From: a virus
Length of the DNA: 64,000 nucleotides
Virus record (IMG/VR): IMGVR_UViG_2663763457_000002
Reading direction: 5' to 3' (one strand)
The notes beneath the pieces are model-generated. The model saw only the letters and a program-made list of their open reading frames with translations, searched no databases and was not told the DNA's origin. The position numbers and the translations under genes were made by a program. Positions 48,260 to 57,684 of the stretch are shown here, piece after piece. Each line of letters opens with the position of its first letter. Position 1 is the first letter of the stretch.

Positions 48260-49092
48260 TGGCGCAGATCGACACGTACCGTAGCGGGGAAGCTGTTTCC
48301 CTGTCGTTTGCATTTAACGTTCTGGATATTGAGTCGGCCACGTATACCGTCAGAGATGGCGCTGGTGCGATCATCGTCGATAACGAACCTCTCGATATTA
48401 CTGAGGGGCAGATGTCCATTCCGGTTGTCGTGTCGGCCGAACACAACCTGCTTTCAGATAAAGAGCGCGATCTGCGACACGTCATTGTCAAAGCGGTGGC
48501 ATCCGGGCTGACGCATGAAGAGCGCAAGATGTACGTTCTGCTAAATAGCTTCGAGCTGTCAATTCCAGGCCAGTCATTCGCAACGGTCGCAGACGCCCAG
48601 ATGCAAGCTATCGATATGCTGAACGGCGACACCCTGTTAGCTGATGGAGAAGGGCTGATGCGCAAACGTCTCATTGAGGCCACCAGACGCGTCAAAACGC
48701 TGCCGTTCTCAATCCGCAAAGTCCTGCGTATCGACTTCGACCGTTACGACCGCCCGCAAAACATGCTGAACGTCTATGACATTCCGTGGGGCGCTGACGG
48801 GGCATATCGTCACGATCTGATTGATTGGGAGCAGATGACGCCGGAGAAATTCGACGAGTTCCCGGACTACTTCAAACAGGCATTAATGCTGGCCGTGGTT
48901 AATGAAGCCTGCGAAATCGCTAACGGTAATGACGTAGCGGCAGCCCGCGAGGACGGCATTCTGTCTGAGTCCATTGGTGAAACGACCAATATGTACCGCA
49001 CCGGCAAAGCAGCAAATGTGCATGTGGCTCGCAGTACCTGGCGACTGCTGGTCAGTTACATCAATAACCGCATGATTGTTCGCCGTGCGTAA
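48259..49092 (+). CDS. Putative head-tail adaptor
   Basis: Position; C-terminal GILSESIGE motif typical of adaptors. Confidence 0.7.
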   Translation: MAQIDTYRSGEAVSLSFAFNVLDIESATYTVRDGAGAIIVDNEPLDITEGQMSIPVVVSAEHNLLSDKERDLRHVIVKAVASGLTHEERKMYVLLNSFELSIPGQSFATVADAQMQAIDMLNGDTLLADGEGLMRKRLIEATRRVKTLPFSIRKVLRIDFDRYDRPQNMLNVYDIPWGADGAYRHDLIDWEQMTPEKFDEFPDYFKQALMLAVVNEACEIANGNDVAAAREDGILSESIGETTNMYRTGKAANVHVARSTWRLLVSYINNRMIVRRA

Positions 49093-49189
49093 CGCCAGTC
49101 GCATTATTTACTTCTGGTCGAAAGGCTCAAGACGAGCAATCGCGCCTTCGCCTGGTAATGAGTGCGGCTGCCAACCACAGGGAGAGTGC

Positions 49190-49534
49190 ATGAACATTTC
49201 ATGGCAAGCAGAGATAGCGATTTACCGTCTGGGTTCGAAGAACGTCTACGGTGAAGCGCAATTGCAGTTCGTCAGGAAGACGAACGTCGGCGTCGTTAAG
49301 TTTGAGCAAAGTAACGAGAAGTCATCGGTACGTGCGGACAGCTCCGGCAGTCGCGGTAAAGCGAATCTGGAATTGTTCGATGCTGTTCTGGTGATCCCAC
49401 TTGAGGCCGCAGTACAGCTTGATGACGTTCTCATTCTGGAGGGGCAAAAGCTGAAGGTATCCAGCGTGCATCGTCGCTGGGGACTGCGTGGGCGCCCTGG
49501 GCATCTGGAAGTAGGGGCAAACATATGGGTCTGA
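49190..49534 (+). CDS. Putative head closure protein
   Basis: Position and size; NVYGE, beta-rich. Confidence 0.65.
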   Translation: MNISWQAEIAIYRLGSKNVYGEAQLQFVRKTNVGVVKFEQSNEKSSVRADSSGSRGKANLELFDAVLVIPLEAAVQLDDVLILEGQKLKVSSVHRRWGLRGRPGHLEVGANIWV

Positions 49535-49998
49535 AGTACGACGCGCATCAGTTTAAGCGTGCTGGCGACAGGCTCAATAACAGCCAGAAAGCCTTTAAGC
49601 GTTATCTCATCCGTGACATGGAGAAGCTGGCGCGTCTGGTTGAGCGTCTGGCGCGGGCAATGGCTCCGCTGGAGACTGGCTCACTCGAAAGCGCGATCTT
49701 CGCGAGAGTGGTCAAAGAGGGTTATACCGGGCTGCGTATTGAGTTATCGGTATCCGGGGCCAAGCCACGCGAGGGGCATCCGGGCGTTGAGGTTGGCGAT
49801 TATGCGGAGTACATGGAGTTGGGTAAGTATCGTCTCGGCTATCTCTCTCGCATGAAGAGCGTCACCAACCCGCCAGTCGCTGGTGTGAAGCCACGAGTTG
49901 GGCCTTTGTTCCTTGAGAGAGCCGTACAGATCAGTGAGAAACAGTTCACTCAGACGATAGCTGAAGCGGCAAGGAAAGCAGGTTTTACGAGAGGTTGA
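49525..49998 (+). CDS. Tail completion protein (HK97 gp10-like)
   Basis: APLETGSLESAI, YAEYMELG, FLERAV. Confidence 0.78.
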   Translation: MGLKYDAHQFKRAGDRLNNSQKAFKRYLIRDMEKLARLVERLARAMAPLETGSLESAIFARVVKEGYTGLRIELSVSGAKPREGHPGVEVGDYAEYMELGKYRLGYLSRMKSVTNPPVAGVKPRVGPLFLERAVQISEKQFTQTIAEAARKAGFTRG

Positions 49999-49999
49999 T

Positions 50000-50383
50000 G
50001 TGTTTATTGAAGCATTTGCGAGCCTGATGCAGAAGGCGAAGATCGGTACACTCGGCACTGACATCTTTTGTCACTACATGCCAGCCAATGTGAAGTCCGG
50101 TGTTCTGTTGGTTAATCCCAATACGGGGATCGCTATTGACCATGAGTTGAAAGGCTTTTATCACGACTCTTTTACCGTCATCGTGCGTAATGCGACGATC
50201 ACAAAGGCGGTGGCGAAAGCCAATAAGATCATGGACATGTTCCCGGTCGAAGAAACCGTGTCAGAGGGCGTTTACTTCCGGTTGGTTCGACCAATGTCGA
50301 TGCCGATCACTTATCCCAAAAACGAAGGCTCATTAATTGAAGCGGGCATCCCGATTGAATTTGCGGGCTATTTGTTGAATTAA
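50000..50383 (+). CDS. Putative tail terminator
   Basis: Position directly before the major tail gene. Confidence 0.65.
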   Translation: MFIEAFASLMQKAKIGTLGTDIFCHYMPANVKSGVLLVNPNTGIAIDHELKGFYHDSFTVIVRNATITKAVAKANKIMDMFPVEETVSEGVYFRLVRPMSMPITYPKNEGSLIEAGIPIEFAGYLLN

Positions 50384-50457
50384 TAAAATAAGTAAGTATA
50401 TACTTACCATTAGCGCCATGAAGGTGCTGATTTAACGGAAAAAGGAGTTTTCCAACA

Positions 50458-51204
50458 ATGTCCAATACCCATGTAAAAAACATCAAACTTGGCGCCTGCA
50501 AAGTGTCGTTTGGTGGCGTTGATCTGGGTTACACCAAAGGCGGTGTTCAGGTTGAGGTTGCGACCGAAACTCTGAAAGTCACCGTAGACCAGCTGGGGCA
50601 GACCACCATCTCCGAGCTGGTGCAGGGTCGTAACATCACTATCACTGCGCCGCTGGCCGAGTCTGTGTTGAAGAATATGGTCGATCTGATGCCGGGTTCC
50701 ACCCTGAGCGAAGAAGATAACGCTGTAACCATCACCTCCGCACAGGGCGTCAACCTGATCGACGTAGCCAAAGAGCTGGTTCTGACTCCGCAGGATACCA
50801 CCGACTACGTTCTGACCATCCCGAAAGCGGCGACCGCAGGTAACTTCACCATGACCTACCAGTCTGATGATGTTCGCGTGTTCTCCGTTCAGTTCACCGC
50901 TTACCCGGATGATAGCGGCGTACTGGGGAAAATGAGCGGCCCAAAGCCGGTTAAAACCGTCTCTATCTCTCCGGAATCTCCGGAAGTTAAAGCTGGTGAG
51001 ACCGTGCAACTGACTGCCCAGATCACCCCAGAAGATGCCGGCGACAAAACTGGTGTGTGGGAATCCGACAATCAGGAGAAAGCAACCGTTGACCAGACTG
51101 GTCTGGTTCGCGGAGTAGCTGAAGGTTCGGCAAATATCTCCTTCACCAGCAATAGCGGCGGCAAGAAAGCGACCAAAGCAGTAACGGTTAATTCTGCCCA
51201 ATAA
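50458..51204 (+). CDS. Major tail tube protein with C-terminal Ig domain
   Basis: LGYTKGGV, VTVDQLG; C-terminal Big_2 repeat. Confidence 0.88.
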   Translation: MSNTHVKNIKLGACKVSFGGVDLGYTKGGVQVEVATETLKVTVDQLGQTTISELVQGRNITITAPLAESVLKNMVDLMPGSTLSEEDNAVTITSAQGVNLIDVAKELVLTPQDTTDYVLTIPKAATAGNFTMTYQSDDVRVFSVQFTAYPDDSGVLGKMSGPKPVKTVSISPESPEVKAGETVQLTAQITPEDAGDKTGVWESDNQEKATVDQTGLVRGVAEGSANISFTSNSGGKKATKAVTVNSAQ

Positions 51205-51263
51205 TCGCGATGTAACTAAGCAGAGGCTCAGGAAGAGCCTCTCTTTTAAAAGGACTTTAACCA

Positions 51264-51581
51264 ATGACCAAATTACTCGATCTCGACTCCATTCTGCCTC
51301 CGAAGAAAAGCATCAAGTTCGGCGGTCAGGAATATCCCATCGTTGAAATGACTGTTGGCCTGTTCGTCTCCATCAAGCAGATGGAAGGCAAAGACCTTCA
51401 GAACATGTCGCCTGTTGAGCAGGTTACTGCTTACGCCGACCTGGTTCGCAAGGTCATCCCATCCGTGCCGGACGCTGTACTGGAAAAACTGACTGTTCCG
51501 CAGCTCCAGCAGATCTTCACCTTCGCTATGGAAGTGATTGATGAAGAGAACGAAAAAGCGGCTGGTGAAGGGGCAAAGTAA
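51264..51581 (+). CDS. Tail assembly chaperone (gpG-like)
   Basis: Between the tail tube and tape measure genes; ends GCA AAG TAA. Confidence 0.8.
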   Translation: MTKLLDLDSILPPKKSIKFGGQEYPIVEMTVGLFVSIKQMEGKDLQNMSPVEQVTAYADLVRKVIPSVPDAVLEKLTVPQLQQIFTFAMEVIDEENEKAAGEGAK

Positions 51582-51931
51582 TTTCCCGCGATGAATCCGG
51601 GGTAAAGACCGTATCGATAGATCTCGGATTCTATTTCAGTCGTGTAGTTGCTCACTACGCCGTGTCGCCATTAGAGCTGCTGGGCGTCCCTCTAACGATG
51701 TTCTGGATGCTCAGTCGCAACATCGACCGTCTACGCGCGGAAGAGGATGTCCGCAACCTGCAAGTCGCTCGCGCTGCCCAGGCAGATGGCGAGGGCGTGA
51801 AGGCGTTCATGGAGGGTTTGCAACTCAGGATTGGAAGACCAGTCGTAACCGATAAAGTCTACGATCCGCGCAAGGATAAGGCAGACCCTGACGCCAAAGA
51901 GCAACTGATGCAAATTTTTGGCAGAGGATGA
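51575..51931 (+). CDS. Tail chaperone extension (gpT-like), probably reached by -1 frameshift
   Basis: The -1 frame is open from A-AAG (51575-51578) to 51931 and includes the ORF-track entry at 51662. Confidence 0.72.
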   Translation, partial: KVISRDESGVKTVSIDLGFYFSRVVAHYAVSPLELLGVPLTMFWMLSRNIDRLRAEEDVRNLQVARAAQADGEGVKAFMEGLQLRIGRPVVTDKVYDPRKDKADPDAKEQLMQIFGRG

Positions 51932-51938
51932 CAAGGGA

Positions 51939-54900
51939 ATGTCACAAAACGTAGAGTTTATCCTGTCGCTGGAAGACAAGCAGTTTACAGCGTCAATCGA
52001 CCGGGCGGGTAAGCTACTTACCAGATTCGGGGAGCAGGCCACAAAGCCCGCTCAGAAAATTAACAATCTGGAACGCTCGTTGGGTTCGGTCTCCCGCATC
52101 ATCGGCGTTCTGGAGTCCAAGCTCGATGCCACGGCAGACAAACTACAGGATGTAGCTGCCGGCTTCGAGCTTGTGTCTGATGTTTCGCGCAAGACGCGAG
52201 GCAACATTACCAGCCTCAACTCAGGTCTCAAAACTCTGATTGAGCGCGTCGACACAACCACCTCATCCGTTAATAAACTCACCACATCGCTGCGCAAGGT
52301 TCAGTCTGAACTCAATGAGTTTTCCGATTGGGCAACGTTCGCTGGTAAGAGCGCCAGCCGCTTCGGTACGGAGGTAAAAGAAGCCTCTGCATCCGTGAGT
52401 GGCATGAATACGCGCCTTAACACCACGACGAAGCGTCTCAGCAATTGGGGCGTCACAACGAGCCAGGCTGCCGAGGGGCTGAAGAAAGTCCGCGATCAGA
52501 TGGATGCGGTGATTGGCCGCCAGCAACTGATCAGCAAGCCGGTGCGTGTGCGCACCAGCGGCTACGGTGAGGGCGGTGGTAATGGCGGTGGCGGTCGACA
52601 CAGCGGTTCCTATGGCCACGGCGGGCGCGGTGCTGAAAATGGCGTGTTCTCTGGTCTGCGCGGCAATATTTTCCTGCTGGGCGAGATTGGTGATGCGGCA
52701 AGAACGGTAACTGACATCCTGTTCGGCTGGCAGAAGCCAATCGTCGAAGCTGCCTCCGAAATGGAGCGTATGCGCGTCATGTTGCGCGGGCTGAACAAGG
52801 ACAAGGCCAACCCTGGCAAAGCAGCCGCAGAGGATATGCAGTACATCGTGGATATGGCGCAAAACGCCCCGTTTGCGATGCAGGCGCTGACCGATTCCTT
52901 CGTTAAATTCCGCTCGGCAGGTCTCGATCCTACTGACGGATCGCTGAAAGCGCTGGTGGACTCCGTTGCACGCTTCGGCGGCGATAGCGAGCTGCTTAAA
53001 CGTGCTGCCGTGGCTGTCCAGCAGATGTCCGGTAAGGGCGTCGTGTCGATGGAAGAACTGCGTCAGCAATTAGGTGAAGCCGTTCCTAACGCGATGAAGG
53101 CGATGGCAGACGCTGCCGGTATCACTATGGGGGAACTGACCAAAGCAGTCTCCACCGGTACTGTGGAAGCGAAACAGGCGCTATCGCTGATGTTCGTCGG
53201 TCTGCGTGCAGAGAACGAAAACGCCGCCAAAGACATGATGCAGACCTACACCGGTGCGCTGGCGCAACTGCAAACCTCATTTACGCTGTTTGCCGATCGC
53301 GTCGGTCAGGCGGGCTATCTGGATTCTCTCTCAAAGGGAATGAAAGAGCTGGCCTCCATCATGAACAGCGCTGAAGGCATTTCGTTCGCTAACTCATTAG
53401 GTTCCGGACTTACCACCGCAATCGACAGCTTACGTGAGCTGGCGCAGTGGCTGGCGAAAAACCAGGAGTTGATTGTCAACCTGGGCAAAGTAGTGGCCGC
53501 TATGGTGGCGTTCAAACTGATGCGTGCGGGCATCATGGGCGTGATTGGCACTGCCGGGCAGATGGTTAACACGTTTGCGACGATGTCGACTGTCATCCAG
53601 GCGCCGTTCAATCTGGGCGCGACAGCTGTCACCCGCTTTAATCGTGCGGCTCGTATGGGTCTGGCTCCAATCCCATCGCTGATCTTCGCTATCCGTGGCG
53701 CGATTAGGGGGTTACAGGGGGCATTCGCTGGGCTAACTGCGTTCATCGCAGCAAACCCCATTGGTGCAGCGTTCACCGTAGCTACCGTGGCTGTAGCCGG
53801 TCTTATCACGTATATGACCATGCTCCGCAGCGAAACGTCAAAAGTCGTTGACGAGATCCGCAAAATCCCGGAAGCGATGACGGCGGCCAAACGTGCGCAG
53901 ATGGCAGAGCGTGCGGAAAAGCTCGAAAAAGAGATCATCGCAGACCAGCGAGCGCTCAAAACAGGCGAAAGCGTGAGCTATGTGTCCAACTCTGTTGGCG
54001 CTGTCACTCACAAAGAGTCAAAAGCCGATATCGAGGCTCGCCTGAAGAAGAATCAGGAAGAGTACCAGAAGATTACCGGCACCATTGCGCTGGGTGACGG
54101 GGCTGTAGCCAAACGTCTGGCTAAAGAGGCAGCAGAATCCCAGATTGAGAAAATCCGGGCCGACAATCAGGTCTTCTCTGCGACATTTGTGAAAGCACGT
54201 CAGGAGGCTCTGGACAAGATCCAGAAAATCAATGACGACAAATCACTGTCCGACGATGAGAAGAACAAACTTCTCGCACCGCTCCGTGAAACGGTGAACA
54301 AGTCATACCTGGAACCGGCGCAAAAACTGGTCGATTCCCTGTCCTCCCGTAAAAACGCGACCGAGAAGCAGATTGCCCACTACAACGATCTGCTCGAAAA
54401 AGCGAAGAAAGAGGGCAATACAGAGCAGATTCAGAAGCTACAAGGCAGTATTCGAGGCTATCAGGAGCATCTGGAAGCTGTCGCTCAGGAGTTGACTCAG
54501 GCCGAGTTTGAGCGTGATAACGCTGCCAAAACTGGTAAGGGCGTCATGTCCAACCAGGGAACCGTTTTGGGGCTTGGTACGAGCGACAAGGCGGCCCAGA
54601 AAGCTTTGGCGCAGTACATGCGCAACCAAATGGACTCCGCAACCTATCAGCGCACGTTGCCAGACGGTACGGCGATGCTGGACTTCGAAGGTAAGCCGAT
54701 CATTGGGCCGAAGCAGCTCAAAACCCAGCTGAACCTGCAGAAAGCCTCCAGCGCCAGCTCTCTGGAGAAAATGAGCGACGAGGAACGTGCAGCAGCGATC
54801 GCCGCACTAACCAAAGCGCGTGAGCAGGATGCAGCAGCAGCGGAAAAAGCCGGCCAGCGCACTGCCAATGCTTCTCAGCGTGCCGCGAGGAAGGAAGAAA

Positions 54901-56519
54901 ATGCGCAGCGTAAGCTGGCGGCCGGCTACCAGAAAGCGCTGGATAAAGCCGATCAGCTTATGGGGCAGATGGGTGAAAGCTCTAAAGCGACCGTGTCGTT
55001 TGACCAGTCTCTACGCGATACCACCAAATCGCTGACCGAACTGGCCAACGCCGTACCGAATGAGTTCATCACTCAGGAGATGATCGACAAAGCCAAGTCA
55101 CGCCTTGCTGATCTGGCTAACGCGAGCGACGACTACCGCGAGATGTTCAACCGCCGCAACGTCGAGCAGATGATCTCCACCTGGGCGCCGGAATCCGATT
55201 CCATCATTAGCGCGGGTTACAAGCCGTCTCGTGAAGAGAAGGTGGCCGATTTCAACGACACCTACAACCGTAACCTGAAAGCGTTGATGGATCTGCGTGA
55301 CCAGGCTTCTGATCCGAAAATTGTGGCGCTGTACACCAAGCAGATTAATCAGCTTGTTGCCGCTGGCAATACCGCGCTCATCAAAGAGACCGGCACGGCC
55401 ACGCAGAAGCTGGCGCTTGAGTATGAAAATCTGGCCGAGCAACTGGAAAATAGCTGGAGCAATCTGTTCAGCAGTCTTACCGATACGCTCACCGACTTCG
55501 TTATGAAGGGAAAAATGGACTTCTCCAGCCTGGCAGAATCCATTCTCCGCGACATCACCAACATGGTTGTGAAGACGCAGATCACCCTGCCTCTCATGAA
55601 CATGCTGGGGATGGGAACGACGGCAGCTGGCAGCTCTCAGAGTGGCAATCTGCTTTCTGGTGTCGCGTCAGCGGTTGCCAATCAGGGCGTCCGTATGAAT
55701 GCGGTCAACGGTGACAAGTCAGTAGGTGAAGCGACGAAAGAGACCTCCAGTTCTGTGTCCGGATTGGGTCAGACGACTCAGCAAACGACCAGCGCTATCG
55801 GTACGGCAACCAACGCGATTGGGAGTTGGGTGTCGGGGCTGTTCAGTAGCACCGAGGCTAAAGACGCTGAAACTAAAGCAGTGAAGACCTCCATCTTCTC
55901 AATGCAGAACCTCAGCTCTGTTACTGGCGCACTCTCCGCTGCGTTCGCCATGTTGGGGGCAAATGCTTCCGGATCAGGCAACAAGTGGTTGAGTTTCGGT
56001 TCGACAGTGGTTTCCGGACTGGTATCAGCCTGGGCTGGTGGCGGGTTTGATAGTCTGATGTCGGGTTCCTCTGGCAGTTCAGGGTTTAACAATCTGACTG
56101 GTTCCGCGGCAGATGGTACGAATGGCATTCCTTCAATTCCGAAGTTCGCTAAAGGCGGCATTTTCGGGAAAGACGGAGTGGTTCCGCTGCGGGCGTACCA
56201 GAAAGGTGGCATCGCGGACTCCCCACAGCTGGCGTTGTTTGGCGAAGGAGACATGAACGAAGCCTACGTTCCGCTTCCGGATGGTCGTTCCATCCCGGTC
56301 ACGCTCAATGCAGAGAGTGTTAAAGGCGGTGGCGGCGGCGTGTTCTCCCCCGTCAGCATTGAGATCAACGTCAACAGCGACGGCAGTGTCACGGAGAACA
56401 GCAATTCCGAAGGCGCATGGAGTCAGGCCGCACAGCGCATGAAGGCGATCGCGCTTGAAACCATCGCTCAGGAGAAGCGACCAGGCGGTTCGCTCAACCC
56501 TAACTCTCAACGTAACTAA
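51939..56519 (+). CDS. Tape measure protein
   Basis: About 1526 aa, Ala/Gly-rich helical; QMSGKGVVSMEELRQQLGE domain; C-terminal FAKGG...GEGDMNEAYVPL. Confidence 0.95.
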   Translation: MSQNVEFILSLEDKQFTASIDRAGKLLTRFGEQATKPAQKINNLERSLGSVSRIIGVLESKLDATADKLQDVAAGFELVSDVSRKTRGNITSLNSGLKTLIERVDTTTSSVNKLTTSLRKVQSELNEFSDWATFAGKSASRFGTEVKEASASVSGMNTRLNTTTKRLSNWGVTTSQAAEGLKKVRDQMDAVIGRQQLISKPVRVRTSGYGEGGGNGGGGRHSGSYGHGGRGAENGVFSGLRGNIFLLGEIGDAARTVTDILFGWQKPIVEAASEMERMRVMLRGLNKDKANPGKAAAEDMQYIVDMAQNAPFAMQALTDSFVKFRSAGLDPTDGSLKALVDSVARFGGDSELLKRAAVAVQQMSGKGVVSMEELRQQLGEAVPNAMKAMADAAGITMGELTKAVSTGTVEAKQALSLMFVGLRAENENAAKDMMQTYTGALAQLQTSFTLFADRVGQAGYLDSLSKGMKELASIMNSAEGISFANSLGSGLTTAIDSLRELAQWLAKNQELIVNLGKVVAAMVAFKLMRAGIMGVIGTAGQMVNTFATMSTVIQAPFNLGATAVTRFNRAARMGLAPIPSLIFAIRGAIRGLQGAFAGLTAFIAANPIGAAFTVATVAVAGLITYMTMLRSETSKVVDEIRKIPEAMTAAKRAQMAERAEKLEKEIIADQRALKTGESVSYVSNSVGAVTHKESKADIEARLKKNQEEYQKITGTIALGDGAVAKRLAKEAAESQIEKIRADNQVFSATFVKARQEALDKIQKINDDKSLSDDEKNKLLAPLRETVNKSYLEPAQKLVDSLSSRKNATEKQIAHYNDLLEKAKKEGNTEQIQKLQGSIRGYQEHLEAVAQELTQAEFERDNAAKTGKGVMSNQGTVLGLGTSDKAAQKALAQYMRNQMDSATYQRTLPDGTAMLDFEGKPIIGPKQLKTQLNLQKASSASSLEKMSDEERAAAIAALTKAREQDAAAAEKAGQRTANASQRAARKEENAQRKLAAGYQKALDKADQLMGQMGESSKATVSFDQSLRDTTKSLTELANAVPNEFITQEMIDKAKSRLADLANASDDYREMFNRRNVEQMISTWAPESDSIISAGYKPSREEKVADFNDTYNRNLKALMDLRDQASDPKIVALYTKQINQLVAAGNTALIKETGTATQKLALEYENLAEQLENSWSNLFSSLTDTLTDFVMKGKMDFSSLAESILRDITNMVVKTQITLPLMNMLGMGTTAAGSSQSGNLLSGVASAVANQGVRMNAVNGDKSVGEATKETSSSVSGLGQTTQQTTSAIGTATNAIGSWVSGLFSSTEAKDAETKAVKTSIFSMQNLSSVTGALSAAFAMLGANASGSGNKWLSFGSTVVSGLVSAWAGGGFDSLMSGSSGSSGFNNLTGSAADGTNGIPSIPKFAKGGIFGKDGVVPLRAYQKGGIADSPQLALFGEGDMNEAYVPLPDGRSIPVTLNAESVKGGGGGVFSPVSIEINVNSDGSVTENSNSEGAWSQAAQRMKAIALETIAQEKRPGGSLNPNSQRN

Positions 56520-56560
56520 CCACGGCTGCCCCGGAAGGGGCAGTCTCACAAGGATGTGAG

Positions 56561-56896
56561 ATGGAAAGACTGACTTTTAACTGGTATCCCGACTACGAGT
56601 CGGAAAAGACCGTGAAGCCTAACGTGGCGGTTCTGAATTTCGGTGACGATTACGAACAGCGCCAGGCCAAAGGTCTCAATCGCATCAAAGAAGAGTGGAG
56701 CCTGACATTTACGCGCTCTTACGACGTCATCAATGCCGTCGATGACTTTCTGACGGCACGCGCGGCCGTTGAGTCGTTCTACTGGACGAACCCTCGTGGC
56801 AAAAAGATTGTTGTGGTGTGCGACAGCCATACGGTCAAACGTTACCAGGGCTATCAGGTTCTCACTGCGACCTTCAGACAAATTTATGAAGGATAA
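56561..56896 (+). CDS. Distal tail protein (lambda gpM-like)
   Basis: FGDDYEQR...GLN, SFYWTNP, LTATFRQ. Confidence 0.88.
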   Translation: MERLTFNWYPDYESEKTVKPNVAVLNFGDDYEQRQAKGLNRIKEEWSLTFTRSYDVINAVDDFLTARAAVESFYWTNPRGKKIVVVCDSHTVKRYQGYQVLTATFRQIYEG

Positions 56897-56985
56897 TTTA
56901 ACCTACTAGATAAGTAAGCACTTATTTACTATTATCTATAGGCGCTGACAGGATGTTGGCGCCTCTTTATTTCAAGGAAGAAACG

Positions 56986-57684
56986 ATGGGTATTAAAGCT
57001 GATATTCAGAGCTTGTCGCCCTCCGCGCTCATTGAGCTGTTCGAACTTGATATGTCGAACACCACCTCTGGGGGCAAGCTGTTTTTCCACGCCGGCACAA
57101 ACGAACTGATGGAGCCAGTCGTTTGGCAGGGTGTGTCCTACGAACCGTGGCCAATCAAAGCGTCAGGCTTTGATAAGACTGGTCAGGGTACTTTGCCGCG
57201 TCCAAAAATCCAGGTCTCCAACTTTGCCGGAACTGTCTCCGCTGAAGTTCAGGCAAACGACGATCTGGTGGGTTGCCGCATCATCCGCAAGATGACGCTG
57301 GCGCGTTTTCTCGATGCGGCCAACTTCAAAGACGGGAATCCAACCGCAGATCCAAATCAGCACTTCCCGGATGAGATGTGGTTCATCGAACAGAAGACTC
57401 TCGAAACCCATGAGGTCGTCGAGTTTGAGCTGTCGAGTGTGTTCGATCTGATGGGCGTGCAGCTGCCGTACCGCCAGATCATTAAAAACACCTGCCCGTG
57501 GAAATACCGCGGCCCAGAGTGCGGCTACACCGGCCCATATTTCGACAAAAACAACCAGCAAACCACCATGTCAGGCGCGGATTACTGCACGAAACGCTAC
57601 GACTCATGCAACGCTCGCCGTAACTACTTTGCCAATGGCGTAATCCACTTTGGCGGGTTCATCGGAGCAACGCGTTATGGGTAA
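56986..57684 (+). CDS. Minor tail protein L (lambda gpL-like)
   Basis: IELFELD, FLDAANF..GNPTADP, CPWKYRGPECGYTG, FGGF. Confidence 0.92.
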   Translation: MGIKADIQSLSPSALIELFELDMSNTTSGGKLFFHAGTNELMEPVVWQGVSYEPWPIKASGFDKTGQGTLPRPKIQVSNFAGTVSAEVQANDDLVGCRIIRKMTLARFLDAANFKDGNPTADPNQHFPDEMWFIEQKTLETHEVVEFELSSVFDLMGVQLPYRQIIKNTCPWKYRGPECGYTGPYFDKNNQQTTMSGADYCTKRYDSCNARRNYFANGVIHFGGFIGATRYG

